From NCBI GenBank assembly GCA_964016885.1, contig OZ024755.1:43772001-43836000 (forward strand): a stretch of 64,000 nt of DNA, in the 5' to 3' direction. The position numbers were made by a program, and so were the translations under genes. Shown piece after piece: positions 30,150-45,500 of this stretch (positions within the stretch are counted from its first letter, which is position 1; the number at the start of each line of letters is the position of its first letter). The stretch is from Eledone cirrhosa (lineage: Eukaryota). Under the pieces are notes generated by a model, which saw only the letters and a list, made by a program, of their open reading frames with translations, did no database searches and was not told the DNA's origin.

Positions 30150-33100
30150 ACATATACTGTGTACCAAAGTTGACAGTACCAACATATACTGTATACCACA
30201 GTTGACAGTACCAACGTATACTGTGTACCACAGTTGACAATACCAACGTATGCTGTGTACCACAGTTGACAATACCAACATATACTGTGTACCACGGTTG
30301 ACAGTACCAACATATACTGTGTACCACAGTTGACAGTTCCAACATATATGGTGTACCACTGTTGACACTACCGACATATACTGTGTAGCACATTTGACAG
30401 TACTAACATATACTGTGTACCACAGTTGACAGTATCAACATATACTGTGTACCATTATTGACAGTACCAACATATACTGTGTACCACAGTTGACAATACC
30501 AACATATACTGTGTACCACAGTTGACAGTACCAACATATACTGTGTACCACAGTTGACAGTACCAACATATACTGTGTACCATAGTTGACAGTATCAACG
30601 TATATGTGTACCAATGTTGACAGTACTAACATATGCTGTGTACCACAGTTGACAGTACCAACATATACTGTGTACCGCAGTTGACAGTACGAACATATCC
30701 TGTGTACCTCAGTTGACAGTACCAACATATACTGTGTACCACAGTTGACAGTACCAACATATACTGTGTACCACAGGTGACAGTACCAACGTATACTGTG
30801 TACCACAGTTGACAGTACCAACATATACTGTGTACCACAGTTGACAGTACCAACATATACTGTGTACCACAGTTGACAGTACCAACATATACTGTGTACC
30901 ACAGTTGACATTACCAACATATACTGTGTACCACAGTTGACAGTACCAACATGTACCATCTACCACAGTTGATAGTACCAACGTATACTGTGTACCACAG
31001 ATGAGAGTACCAACGTATACTCTGTACCACAGTTGACAGTACCAACATATACTGTGTACCACAGTTGACAGTACCAACATATACTGTGTACCAGTGTTGA
31101 CAGTACCAACATATACCATGTACCACAGTTGACAGTACCAACATATACTGTGTACCACTGTTGACAGTACCAACATGTACCGTGTCCCACAGTTCACAGT
31201 ACCAACGTATACTGTGTATGTTACCACAGTTGACAGTACCAACATATACTGTGTACCATAGTTGAGAGTACCAACATATACTGTGTACCATAGTTGACAG
31301 TGCCAACATATACCGTGTTCCACCTTTGACAATACCAACATATACTGTGTACCACAGTTGACAGTACCAACATATACTGTGTACCACAGTTGACAGTACC
31401 AACGTATACTGTGTACCACAGTTGACAGTACCAACATATACTGTGTAACACAGTTGACAGTACCAACATATACCGCGTACCACAGTTGACAGTACCAACG
31501 TATACTGTGTACCACAGTTGAAAGTACCAACATATACTGTGTACCACAGTTGACAGTACCAACATATACTGTGTACCACAGTTGACAGTACCAACATATA
31601 CTGTGTACCACAGTTGACAGTACCAACGTATACTGTATACCACATTCGACAGTACCAACGTAAACTGTGTACCACAGTTGACAGTACCAACCTATACTGT
31701 GTATCACTGGTGACAGTACCAACATATACCGGGTACCACAGTTGACATTACCAACATATACTGTATACCACTGTTGACAGTACGAACATATACTGTGTAC
31801 CACAGTTGACAGTACCAACGTATACTGTGCATATTACCACAGTTGACAGTACCAACATATACTGTGTACCACAGTTGAGAGTACCAACGTATACCGTGTA
31901 CCACAGTTGACAGTACCAACATATACTGTGTACCACAGTTGACAGTTCCAACATATACTGTGTACCACAGTTGAAAGTACCAACGTATACTGTGTACCAC
32001 AGTTGACAATACCATCATATACTGTGTACCACAGTTGACAGTACCAACATATATGGTGTACCACAGTTGACAGTACTAACATATACTGTGTACCACAATT
32101 GACAGTACCAACGTATACTGTGTACCACAGTTGACAGTACCAACGTATACTGTGTACCAAAGTTGACAATACCAACATATACTGTGTACCACAGTTGACA
32201 GTACCAACATATACTGTGTACCACAGTTGACAGTACCAACATATACTGTGTACCACAGTTGACAATACCAGCGTATACTGTGTACCACAGTTGACAGTAC
32301 CAACATATACCGTGTACCACAGTTGAGCGTACCAACATATACTGTGTACCACAGTTGATAGTACCAACATATACTGTGTACCACAGTTGACAGTACCAAC
32401 GTATACTGTGTACCACAGTTGACAATACCAACGTATGCTGTGTACCACAGTTGACAATACCAACATATACTGTGTACCACAGTTGACAGTACCAACATAT
32501 ACTGTGTACCACAGTTGACAGTTCCAACATATATGGTGTACCACTGTTGACACAACCGACATATACTGTGTAGCACATTTGACAGTACTAACATATACTG
32601 TGTACCACAGTTGCGAGTACCAACATATACTGGGTACCACCGTTGATAGTACCAACATATACTGTGTACCACAGTTGACAGTATCAACATATACTGTGTA
32701 CCACAGTTGACAATACCAACATATACTGTGTACCACAGTTGACAGTACCAACATATACTGTGTACCACAGTTGACAGTACCAACATATACTGTGTACCAT
32801 AGTTGACAGTATCAACGTATATGTGTACCACTGTTGACAGTACTAACATATGCTGTGTACCACAGTTGACAGTACCAACATATACTGTGTACCACAGTTG
32901 ACAGTACCAACATATCCTGTGTACCTCAGTTGACAGTACCAACATATACTGTGTACCACAGTTGACAGTACCAACATATACTGTGTACCACAGGTGACAG
33001 TACCAACGTATACTGTGTACCACAGTTGACAGTACCAACATATACTGTGTACCACAGTTGACAGTACTAACATATACCGTGTACCACAGTTGACAGTAGC

Positions 33101-36100
33101 AACATATTCTGTGTAGCACAATTGACAGTACCCACATATACTGGGTACCATAGTTGACAGTACCCACGTATACGGTGTACCACAGTTGACAGTACCAACA
33201 TATAATATGTACCAATGTTGTAAGTACCAACGTATACTTTGTACCACTGTTGACAGTACCAACATATACTGTGTACCACAGTTGACAGTACCAACATATA
33301 CTGTGTACCACAGTTGACAGTACAAACATATACTGTGTACTACATTTGAGAGTACCAACATATACTGTTTACCACATTTGACAGTACCAACATATACTGT
33401 GTGGCACAGTTGACAGTACCCACATATACTGGGTACCCCAGTTGATTGTACCGACGTATACTGTGTACCACATTTGACAGTTCCCACATATACAGGGTAC
33501 CACAGTTGACAATAGCATCATATACTGTGTACCACAGTTGATAGTACCAACATATACTGTGTACCACAGTTGACAGTACCAACGTATACTGTGTTCCACA
33601 GTTGACAGTACCAACATATACTGTGTACCATAGTTGACAGTGTCAACGTATCTGTGTACCACAGTTGACATTACTAACATATGCTGTGTACCACAGTTGA
33701 CAGTACCAACATATACTGTGTACCACAGTTAACAGTACTAACATATACCGTGTACCACAGTTGACAGTACCAACATATACTGTGTACCACAGTTGACAGT
33801 ACCCACATATACTGTGTACCACAGTTAACAGTACTAACATATACCGTGTACCACAGTTGACAATACCAACATATACTGTGTACCACAGTTGACAGTACCA
33901 ACATATACTGTGTACCACAGTTGACAGTATCAACATATACTGTGTACCACAGTTAACAGTACCAACGTATACTGTGTACCACAGTTGACAGTACCAACAT
34001 ATACTGTGTAACACAGTTGACAGTACCAACATATACCGTGTACCACAGTTGACAGTACCAACGTATACTGTGTACCACAGTTGAAAGTACCAACATATAC
34101 TGTGTAACGCAGTTGACAGTACCAACATATACTGTGTACCACAGTTGACAGTACCAACATATACTGTGTACCACAGTTGAGAGTACCAACGTATACTGTA
34201 TACCACATTTGACAGTACCAACGTAAACTGTGTACCACAGTTGACAGTACCAACCTATACTGTGTACCACTGGTGACAGTACCAACATATACCGTGTACC
34301 ACAGTTGACATTACCAACATATACAGTATACCACGGTTGACAGTACCAACATATACTGTGTACCACAGTTGACAGTACCAACGTATACTGTGTATATTAC
34401 CACAGTTGACAGTACCAACATATACTGTGTACAACAGTTGAGAGTACCAACGTATACCGTGTACCACAGTTGACAGTACCAACATATACTGTGTACCACA
34501 GTTGACAGTTCCAACATATACTGTGTACCACAGTTGAAAGTACCAACGTATACTGTGTACCACAGTTGACAATACCATTATATACTGTGTACCACAGTTG
34601 ACAGTACCAACATATATGGTGTACCACAGTTGACAGTACTAACATATACTGTGTACCACAATTGACAGTACCAACGTATACTGTGTACCACAGTTGACAG
34701 TACCAACGTATACTGTGTACCAAAGTTGACAATACCAACATATACTGTGTACCACAGTTGACAGTACCAACATATACTGTGTACCACAGTTGACAGTACC
34801 AACATATACTGTGTACCACAGTTGACAATACCAGCGTATACTGTGTACCACAGTTGACAGTACCAACATATACCGTGTACCACAGTTGAGCGTACCAACA
34901 TATACTGTGTACCACAGTTGATAGTACCAACATATACTGTGTACCACAGTTGACAGTACCAACGTATACTGTGTACCACAGTTGACAATACCAACGTATT
35001 CTGTGTACCACAGTTGACAATATCAACTTATACTGTGTACCAAAGTTGACAGTACCAACATATACTGTATACCACAGTTGACAGTACCAACGTATACTGT
35101 GTACCACAGTTGACAATACCAACGTATGCTGTGTACCACAGTTGACAATACCAACATATACTGTGTACCACGGTTGACAGTACCAACATATACTGTGTAC
35201 CACAGTTGACAGTTCCAACATATATGGTGTACCACTGTTGACACTACCGACATATACTGTGTAGCACATTTGACAGTACTAACATATACTGTGTACCACA
35301 GTTGCGAGTACCAACATATACTGGGTACCACTGTTGATAGTACCAACATATACTGTGTACCACAGTTGACAGTATCAACATATACTGTGTACCATTATTG
35401 ACAGTACCAACATATACTGTGTACCACAGTTGACAATGCCAACATATACTGTGTACCACAGTTGACAGTACCAACATATACTGTGTACCACAGTTGACAG
35501 TACCAACATATACTGTGTACCATAGTTGACAGTATCAACGTATATGTGTACCAATGTTGACAGTACTAACATATGCTGTGTACCACAGTTGACAGTACCA
35601 ACATATACTGTGTACCGCAGTTGACAGTACCAACATATCCTGTGTACCTCAGTTGACAGTACCAACATATACTGTGTACCACAGTTGACAGTACCAACAT
35701 ATACTGTGTACCACAGGTGACAGTACTAACGTATACTGTGTACCACAGTTGACAGTACCAACATATACTGTGTACCACAGTTGACAGTACCAACATATAC
35801 TGTGTACCACAGTTGACAGTACTAACATATACCGTGTACAACAGTTGACAGTACCAACATATACAGTGTACCACAGTTGACAGTACCAACATATACTGTG
35901 TACCACAGTTGACAGTACCAACATATACTGTGTACCACAGTTGACAGTACCAACATGTACCATCTACCACAGTTGATAGTACCAACGTATACTGTGTACC
36001 ACAGATGAGAGTACCAACGTATACTCTGTACCACAGTTGACAGTACCAACATATACTGTGTACCACAGTTGACAGTACCAACATATACTGTGTACCAGTG

Positions 36101-39100
36101 TTGACAGTACCAACATATACCATGTACCACAGTTGACAGTACCAACATATACTGTGTACCACTGTTGACAGTACCAACATATACCGTGTCCCACAGTTCA
36201 CAGTACCAACGTATACTGTGTATGTTACCACAGTTGACAGTACCAACATATACTGTGTACCATAGTTGAGAGTACCAACATATACTGGGTACCACTGTTG
36301 ACAGTACCAACATATATTGTGTACCACAGTTGACAGTACCAACATATACCGTGTTCCACTGTTGACAATACCAACATATACTGTGTACCACAGTTGACAG
36401 TACCAACATATACTGTGTACCACAGTTGACAGTACCAACGTATACTGTGTACCACAGTTGACAGTACCAACATATACTGTGTAACACAGTTGACAGTACC
36501 AACATATACCGTGTACCACAGTTGACAGTACCAACGTATACTGTGTACCACAGTTGAAAGTACCAACATATACTGTGTACCACAGTTGACAGTACCAACA
36601 TATACTGTGTACCACAGTTGACAGTACCAACATATACTGTGTACCACAGTTGACAGTACCAACGTATACTGTATACCACATTTGTCAGTACCAACGTAAA
36701 CTGTGTACCACAGTTGACAGTACCAACCTATACTGTGTACCACTGGTGACAGTACCAACATATACCGTGTACCACAGTTGACATTACCAACATATACTGT
36801 ATACCACTGTTGACAGTACCAACATATACTGTGTACCACAGTTGACAGTACCAACGTATACTGTGTATATTACCACAGTTGACAGTACCAACATATACTG
36901 TGTACCACAGTTGAGAGTACCAACGTATACCGTGTACCACAGTTGACAGTACCAACATATACTGTGTACCACAGTTGACAGTTCCAACATATACTGTGTA
37001 CCACAGTTGAAAGTACCAACGTATACTGTGTACCACAGTTGACAATACCATCATATACTGTGTACCACAGTTGACAGTACCAACATATATGGTGTACCAC
37101 AGTTGACAGTACTAACATATACTGTGTACCACAATTGACAGTACCAACGTATACTGTGTACCACAGTTGACAGTACCAACGTATACTGTGTACCAAAGTT
37201 GACAATACCAACATATACTGTGTACCACAGTTGACAGTACCAACATATACTGTGTACCACAGTTGACAGTACCAACATATACTGTGTACCACAGTTGACA
37301 ATACCAGCGTATACTGTGTACCACAGTTGACAGTACCAACATATACCGTGTACCACAGTTGAGCGTACCAACATATACTGTGTACCACAGTTGATAGTAC
37401 CAACATATACTGTGTACCACAGTTGACAGTACCAACGTATACTGTGTACCACAGTTGACAATACCAACGTATGCTGTGTACCACAGTTGACAATACCAAC
37501 ATATACTGTGTACCACAGTTGACAGTACCAACATATACTGTGTACCACAGTTGACAGTTCCAACATATATGGTGTACCACTGTTGACACAACCGACATAT
37601 ACTGTGTAGCACATTTGACAGTACTAACATATACTGTGTACCACAGTTGCGAGTACCAACATATACTGGGTACCACTGTTGATAGTACCAACATATACTG
37701 TGTACCACAGTTGACAGTATCAACCTATACTATGTACCACAGTTGACAATACCAACATATACTGTGTACCACAGTTGACAGTACCAACATATACTGTGTA
37801 CCACAGTTGACAGTACCAACATATACTGTGTACCATAGTTGACAGTATCAACGTATATGTGTACCACTGTTGACAGTACTAACATATGCTGTGTACTACA
37901 CTTGACAGTACCAACATATACTGTGTACCACAGTTGACAGTACTAACATATCCTGTGTACCTCAGTTGAAAGTACCAACATATACTGTGTACCACAGTTG
38001 ACAGTACCAACATATACTGTGTACCACAGGTGACAGTACCAACGTATACTGTGTACCACAGTTGACAGTACCAACATATACTGTGTACTACAGTTGACAG
38101 TACCAACATATACTGTGTACCACAGTTGACAGTACTAACATATACCGTGTACCACAGTTGACAGTACCAACATATACTGTGTAGCACAATTGACAGTACC
38201 CACATATACTGGGTACCATAGTTGACAGTACCCACGTATACTGTGTACCACAGTTGACAGTACCAACATATAATATGTACCAAAGTTGTAAGTACCAACG
38301 TATACTTTGTACCACTGTTGACAGTACCAACATATACTGTGTACCACAGTTGACAGTACCAACATATACTGTGTACCACAGTTGACAGTACAAACATATA
38401 CTGTGTACTACATTTGAGAGTACCAACATATACTGTTTACCACATTTGACAGTACCAACATATACTGTGTGGCACACTTGACTACCCACATATACTGGGT
38501 ACCCCAGTTGATTGTACCAACGTATACTGTGTACCACATTTGACAGTTCCCACATATACAGGGTACCACAGTTGACAATACCATCATATACTGTGTACCA
38601 CAGTTGATAGTACCAACATATACTGTGTACCACAGTTGACAGTACCAACGTATACTGTGTTCCACAGTTGACAGTACCAACATATACTGTGTACCATAGT
38701 TGACAGTGTCAACGTATCTGTGTACCACAGTTGACATTACTAACATATGCTGTGTACCACAGTTGACAGTACCAACATATACTGTGTACCACAGTTAACA
38801 GTACTAACATATACCGTGTACCACAGTTGACAGTACCAAAATATACTGTGTACCACAGTTGACAGTACCCACATATACTGTGTACCACAGTTAACAGTAC
38901 TAACATATACCGTGTACCACAGTTGACAATACCAACATATACTGTGTACCACAGTTGACAGTACCAACATATACTGTGTACCACAGTTGACAGTATCAAC
39001 ATATACTGTGTACCACAGTTAACAGTACCAACGTATACTGTGTACCACTGGTGACAGTACCAACATATACTGTGTAACACAGTTGACAGTACCAACATAT

Positions 39101-40050
39101 ACCGTGTACCACAGTTGACAGTACCAACGTATACTGTGTACCACAGTTGAAAGTACCAACATATACTGTGTACCACAGTTTACAGTACCAACATATACTG
39201 TGTACCACAGTTGACAGTACCAACATATACTGTGTACCACAGTTGAGAGTACCAACGTATACTGTATACCACATTTGACAGTACCAACGTAAACTGTGTA
39301 CCACAGTTGACAGTACCAACCTATACTGTGTACCACTGGTGACAGTACCAACATATACCGTGTACCAAAGTTGACATTACCAACATATACAGTATACCAC
39401 TGTTGACAGTACCAAAATATACTGTGTACCACAGTTGACAGTACCAACGTATACTGTGTATATTACCACAGTTGACAGTACCAACATATACTGTGTACAA
39501 CAGTTGAGAGTACCAACGTATACCGTGTACCACAGTTGACAGTACCAACATATACTGTGTACCACAGTTGACAGTTCCAACATATACTGTGTACCACAGT
39601 TGAAAGTACCAACGTATACTGTGTACCACAGTTGACAATACCATTATATACTGTGTACCACAGTTGACAGTACCAACATATATGGTGTACCACAGTTGAC
39701 AGTACTAACATATACTGTGTACCACAATTGACAGTACCAACGTATACTGTGTACCACAGTTGACAGTACCAACGTATACTGTGTACCAAAGTTGACAATA
39801 CCAACATATACTGTGTACCACAGTTGACAGTACCAACATATACTGTGTACCACAGTTGACAGTACCAACATATACTGTGTACCACAGTTGACAATACCAG
39901 CGTATACTGTGTACCACAGTTGACAGTACCAACATATACCGTGTACCACAGTTGAGCGTACCAACATATACTGTGTACCACAGTTGATAGTACCAACATA
40001 TACTGTGTACCACAGTTGACAGTACCAACGTATACTGTGTACCACAGTTG
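30150..40050. repeat. Tandem duplication of a ~5.0-kb unit (copy 1 ~30150-35030, copy 2 ~35030-40050)
   Basis: Shared private variants: CCAATGTTGACAGTACTAAC (30611/35551), GTACCATCTACC (30953/35956), CAGATGAGAG (30998/36002), GACACAACCGAC (32549/37585). Offsets drift from 4,940 to 5,068, mostly in 32-bp steps. Confidence 0.8.
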
Positions 40051-42580
40051 ACAATACCAACGTATGCTGTGTACCACAGTTGACAATACCAACATATACT
40101 GTGTACCACAGTTGACAGTTCCAACATATATGGTGTACCACTGTTGACACAACCGACATATACTGTGTAGCACATTTGACAGTACTAACATATACTGTGT
40201 ACCACAGTTGCGAGTACCAACATATACTGGGTACCACTGTTGATAGTACCAACATATACTGTGTACCACAGTTGACAGTATCAACCTATACTGTGTACCA
40301 CAGTTGACAATACCAACATATACTGTGTACCACAGTTGACAGTACCAACATATACTGTGTACCACAGTTGACAGTACCAACATATACTGTGTACCATAGT
40401 TGACAGTATCAACGTATATGTGTACCACTGTTGACAGTACTAACATATGCTGTGTACTACACTTGACAGTACCAACATATACTGTGTACCACAGTTGACA
40501 GTACTAACATATCCTGTGTACCTCAGTTGAAAGTACCAACATATACTGTGTACCACAGTTGACAGTACCAACATATACTGTGTACCACAGGTGACAGTAC
40601 CAACGTATACTGTGTACCACAGTTGACAGTACCAACATATACTGTGTACTACAGTTGACAGTACCAACATATACTGTGTACCACAGTTGACAGTACTAAC
40701 ATATACCGTGTACCACAGTTGACAGTACCAACATATACTGTGTAGCACAATTGACAGTACCCACATATACTGGGTACCATAGTTGACAGTACCCACGTAT
40801 ACTGTGTACCACAGTTGACAGTACCAACATATAATATGTACCAAAGTTGTAAGTACCAACGTATACTTTGTACCACTGTTGACAGTACCAACATATACTG
40901 TGTACCACAGTTGACAGTACCAACATATACTGTGTACCACAGTTGACAGTACAAACATATACTGTGTACTACATTTGAGAGTACCAACATATACTGTTTA
41001 CCACATTTGACAGTACCAACATATACTGTGTGGCACAGTTGACTACCCACATATACTGGGTACCCCAGTTGATTGTACCAACGTATACTGTGTACCACAT
41101 TTGACAGTTCCCACATATACAGGGTACCACAGTTGACAATACCATCATATACTGTGTACCACAGTTGATAGTACCAACATATACTGTGTACCACAGTTGA
41201 CAGTACCAACGTATACTGTGTTCCACAGTTGACAGTACCAACATATACTGTGTACCATAGTTGACAGTGTCAACGTATCTGTGTACCACAGTTGACATTA
41301 CTAACATATGCTGTGTACCACAGTTGACAGTACCAACATATACTGTGTACCACAGTTAACAGTACTAACATATACCGTGTACCACAGTTGACAGTACCAA
41401 CATATACTGTGTACCACAGTTGACAGTACCCACATATACTGTGTACCACAGTTAACAGTACTAACATATACCGTGTACCACAGTTGACAATACCAACATA
41501 TACTGTGTACCACAGTTGACAGTACCAACATATACTGTGTACCACAGTTGACAGTATCAACATATACTGTGTACCACAGTTAACAGTACCAACGTATACT
41601 GTGTACCACTGGTGACAGTACCAACATATACTGTGTAACACAGTTGACAGTACCAACATATACCGTGTACCACAGTTGACAGTACCAACGTATACTGTGT
41701 ACCACAGTTGAAAGTACCAACATATACTGTGTACCACAGTTGACAGTACCAACATATACTGTGTACCACAGTTGACAGTACCAACATATACTGTGTACCA
41801 CAGTTGAGAGTACCAACGTATACTGTATACCACATTTGACAGTACCAACGTAAACTGTGTACCACAGTTGACAGTACCAACCTATACTGTGTACCACTGG
41901 TGACAGTACCAACATATACCGTGTACCACAGTTGACATTACCAACATATACAGTATACCACTGCTGACAGTACCAACATATACTGTGTACCACAGTTGAC
42001 AGTACCAACGTATACTGTGTATATTACCACAGTTGACAGTACCAACATATACTGTGTACAACAGTTGAGAGTACCAACGTATACCGTGTACCACAGTTGA
42101 CAGTACCAACATATACTGTGTACCACAGTTGACAGTTCCAACATATACTGTGTACCACAGTTGAAAGTACCAACGTATACTGTGTACCACAGTTGACAAT
42201 ACCATTATATACTGTGTACCACAGTTGACAGTACCAACATATATGGTGTACCACAGTTGACAGTACTAACATATACTGTGTACCACAATTGACAGTACCA
42301 ACGTATACTGTGTACCACAGTTGACAGTACCAACGTATACTGTGTACCAAAGTTGACAATACCAACATATACTGTGTACCACAGTTGACAGTACCAACAT
42401 ATACTGTGTACCACAGTTGACAGTACCAACATATACTGTGTACCACAGTTGACAATACCAGCGTATACTGTGTACCACAGTTGACAGTACCAACATATAT
42501 CGTGTACCACAGTTGAGCGTACCAACATATACTGTGTACCACAGTTGATAGTACCAACATATACTGTGAACCACAGTTGA
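37700..42580. repeat. Near-identical tandem duplication with a 2,561-bp period (80 monomers + 1 bp)
   Basis: TCAACCTATAC 37720/40281; GTTGTAAG 38285/40846; GACTACCCAC 38480/41041; CGTAAACTG 39288/41849; ORF pairs 37879/40440 and 39321/41882. The +1 equals the indel sum +5-1-1-2. Confidence 0.88.
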
Positions 42581-45500
42581 CAGTACCAACGTATACTGTG
42601 TACCACAGTTGACAATACCAACATATACTGTGTACCACAGTTGACAGTACCAACATATACTGTGTACCACAGTTGACAGTTCCAACATATATGGTGTACC
42701 ACTGTTGACACTACCGACATATACTGTGTAGCACATTTGACAGTACTAACATATACTGTGTACCACAGTTGCGAGTACCAACATATACTGGGTACCAATG
42801 TTGATAGTACCAACATATACTGTGTACCACAGTTGACATTACTAACATATGCTGTGTACCACAGTTGACAGTACCAACATATACTGTGTACCACAGTTAA
42901 CAGTACTAACATATACCGTGTACCACAGTTGACAGTACCAACATATACTGTGTACCACAGTTGACAGTACCCACATATACTGTGTACCACAGTTAACAGT
43001 ACTAACATATACCGTGTACCACAGTTGACAATACCAACATATACTGTGTACCACAGTTGACAGTACCAACATATACTGTGTACCACAGTTGACAGTACCA
43101 ACGTATACTGTGTACCACAGTTGACAGTACCAACATATACTGTGTAACACAGTTGACAGTACCAACATATACCGTGTACCACAGTTGACAGTACCAACAT
43201 ATACTGTGTACCACAGTTGAAAGTACCAACATATACTGTGTACCACAGTTGACAGTACCAACATATACTGTGTACCACAGTTGACAGTACCAACATATAC
43301 TTTGTACCACAATTGACAGTACCAACGTATACTGTATACCACATTTGACAGTACCAACGTATACTGTGTACCACAGCTGACAGTACCAACCTATACTGTG
43401 TACCACTGGTGACAGTACCAACGTATACTGTATATATTACCACAGTTGACAGTACCAATATATACTGTGTACCGCAGTTAACAGTAGCAACATATACCGT
43501 GTACCACAGTTGAGAGTACCAACATATACTGTGTACCAAAGTTGACAGTACCAACGTATACTGTGTACCACTGTTGACAATACCAACATATACTGTGTAC
43601 CACAGTTGACAGTACCAACATATACTGTGTACCACAGTTGACAGTACCAACATATACTGTGTACCACAGTTGACAGTACCAACATATACTGTGTACCACA
43701 GTTGACAGTACCAAAATGTACCGTGTACCACAGTTGGTAGTACCAACGTATACTGTGTACCACAGTTGAGAGAACCAACGTATACTGTGTACAACAGTTG
43801 ACAGTACCAACATATACTTTGTACCACAGTTGACAGTACCCACATATCCTGTGTACCTCAGTTGACAGTACCAACATATACTGTGTACCACAGTTGACAG
43901 TACCAACATATACTGTGTACTACAGTTGACAGTACCAACATATACTGTGTACCACAGTTGACAGTACTAACATATACCGTGTACCACAGTTGACAGTACC
44001 AACATATACTGTGTAGCACAATTGACAGTACCCACATATACTGGGTACCATAGTTGACAGTACCCACGTATACTGTGTACCACAGTTGACAGTACCAACA
44101 TATAATATGTACCAAAGTTGTAAGTACCAACGTATACTTTGTACCACTGTTGACAGTACCAACATATACTGTGTACCACAGTTGACAGTACCAACATATA
44201 CTGTGTACCACAGTTGACAGTACAAACATATACTGTGTACTACATTTGAGAGTACCAACATATACTGTGTGGCACAGTTGACAGTACCCACATATACTGG
44301 GTACCCCAGTTGATAGTATCAACGTATACTGTGTACCACATTTGACAGTTCCCACATATACAGGGTACCACAGTTGTCAATACCATCATATACTGTGTAC
44401 CACAGTTGATAGTACCAACATATACTGTGTACCACAGTTGACAGTACCAACGTATACTGTGTTCCACAGTTGACAGTACCAACATATACTGTGTACCATA
44501 GTTGACAGTGTCAACGTATCTGTGTACCACAGTTGACATTACTAACATATGCTGTGTACCACAGTTGACAGTACCAACATATACTGTGTACCACAGTTAA
44601 CAGTACTAACATATACCGTGTACCACAGTTGACAGTACCAACATATACTGTGTACCACAGTTGACAGTACCCACATATACTGTGTACCACAGTTAACAGT
44701 ACTAACATATACCGTGTACCACAGTTGACAATACCAACATATACTGTGTACCACAGTTGACAGTACCAACATATACTGTGTACCACAGTTGACAGTACCA
44801 ACGTATACTGTGTACCACAGTTGACAGTACCAACATATACTGTGTAACACAGTTGACAGTACCAACATATACCGTGTACCACAGTTGACAGTACCAACAT
44901 ATACTGTGTACCACAGTTGAAAGTACCAACATATACTGTGTACCACAGTTGACAGTACCAACATATACTGTGTACCACAGTTGACAGTACCAACATATAC
45001 TGTGTACCACAATTGACAGTACCAACGTATACTGTATACCACATTTGACAGTACCAACGTAAACTGTGTACCACAGTTGACAGTACCAACCTATACTGTG
45101 TACCACTGGTGAAAGTACCGACGTATACTGTGTATATTACCACAGTTGACAGTACCAACATATACTGTGTACCGCAGTTAACAGTAGCAACATATACCGT
45201 GTACCACAGTTGAGAGTACCAACATATACTGTGTACCAAAGTTGACAGTACCAACGTATACTGTGTACCACTGTTGACAATACCAACATATACTGTGTAC
45301 CACAGTTGACAGTACCAACATATACTGTGTACCACAGTTGACAGTACCAACATATACTGTGTACCTCAGTTGACAGTACCAACATATACTGTGTACCACA
45401 GTTGACAGTACCAAAATGTACCGTGTACCACAGTTGATAGTACCAACGTATACTGTGTACCACAGTTGAGAGTACCAACGTATACTGTGTACCACAGTTG

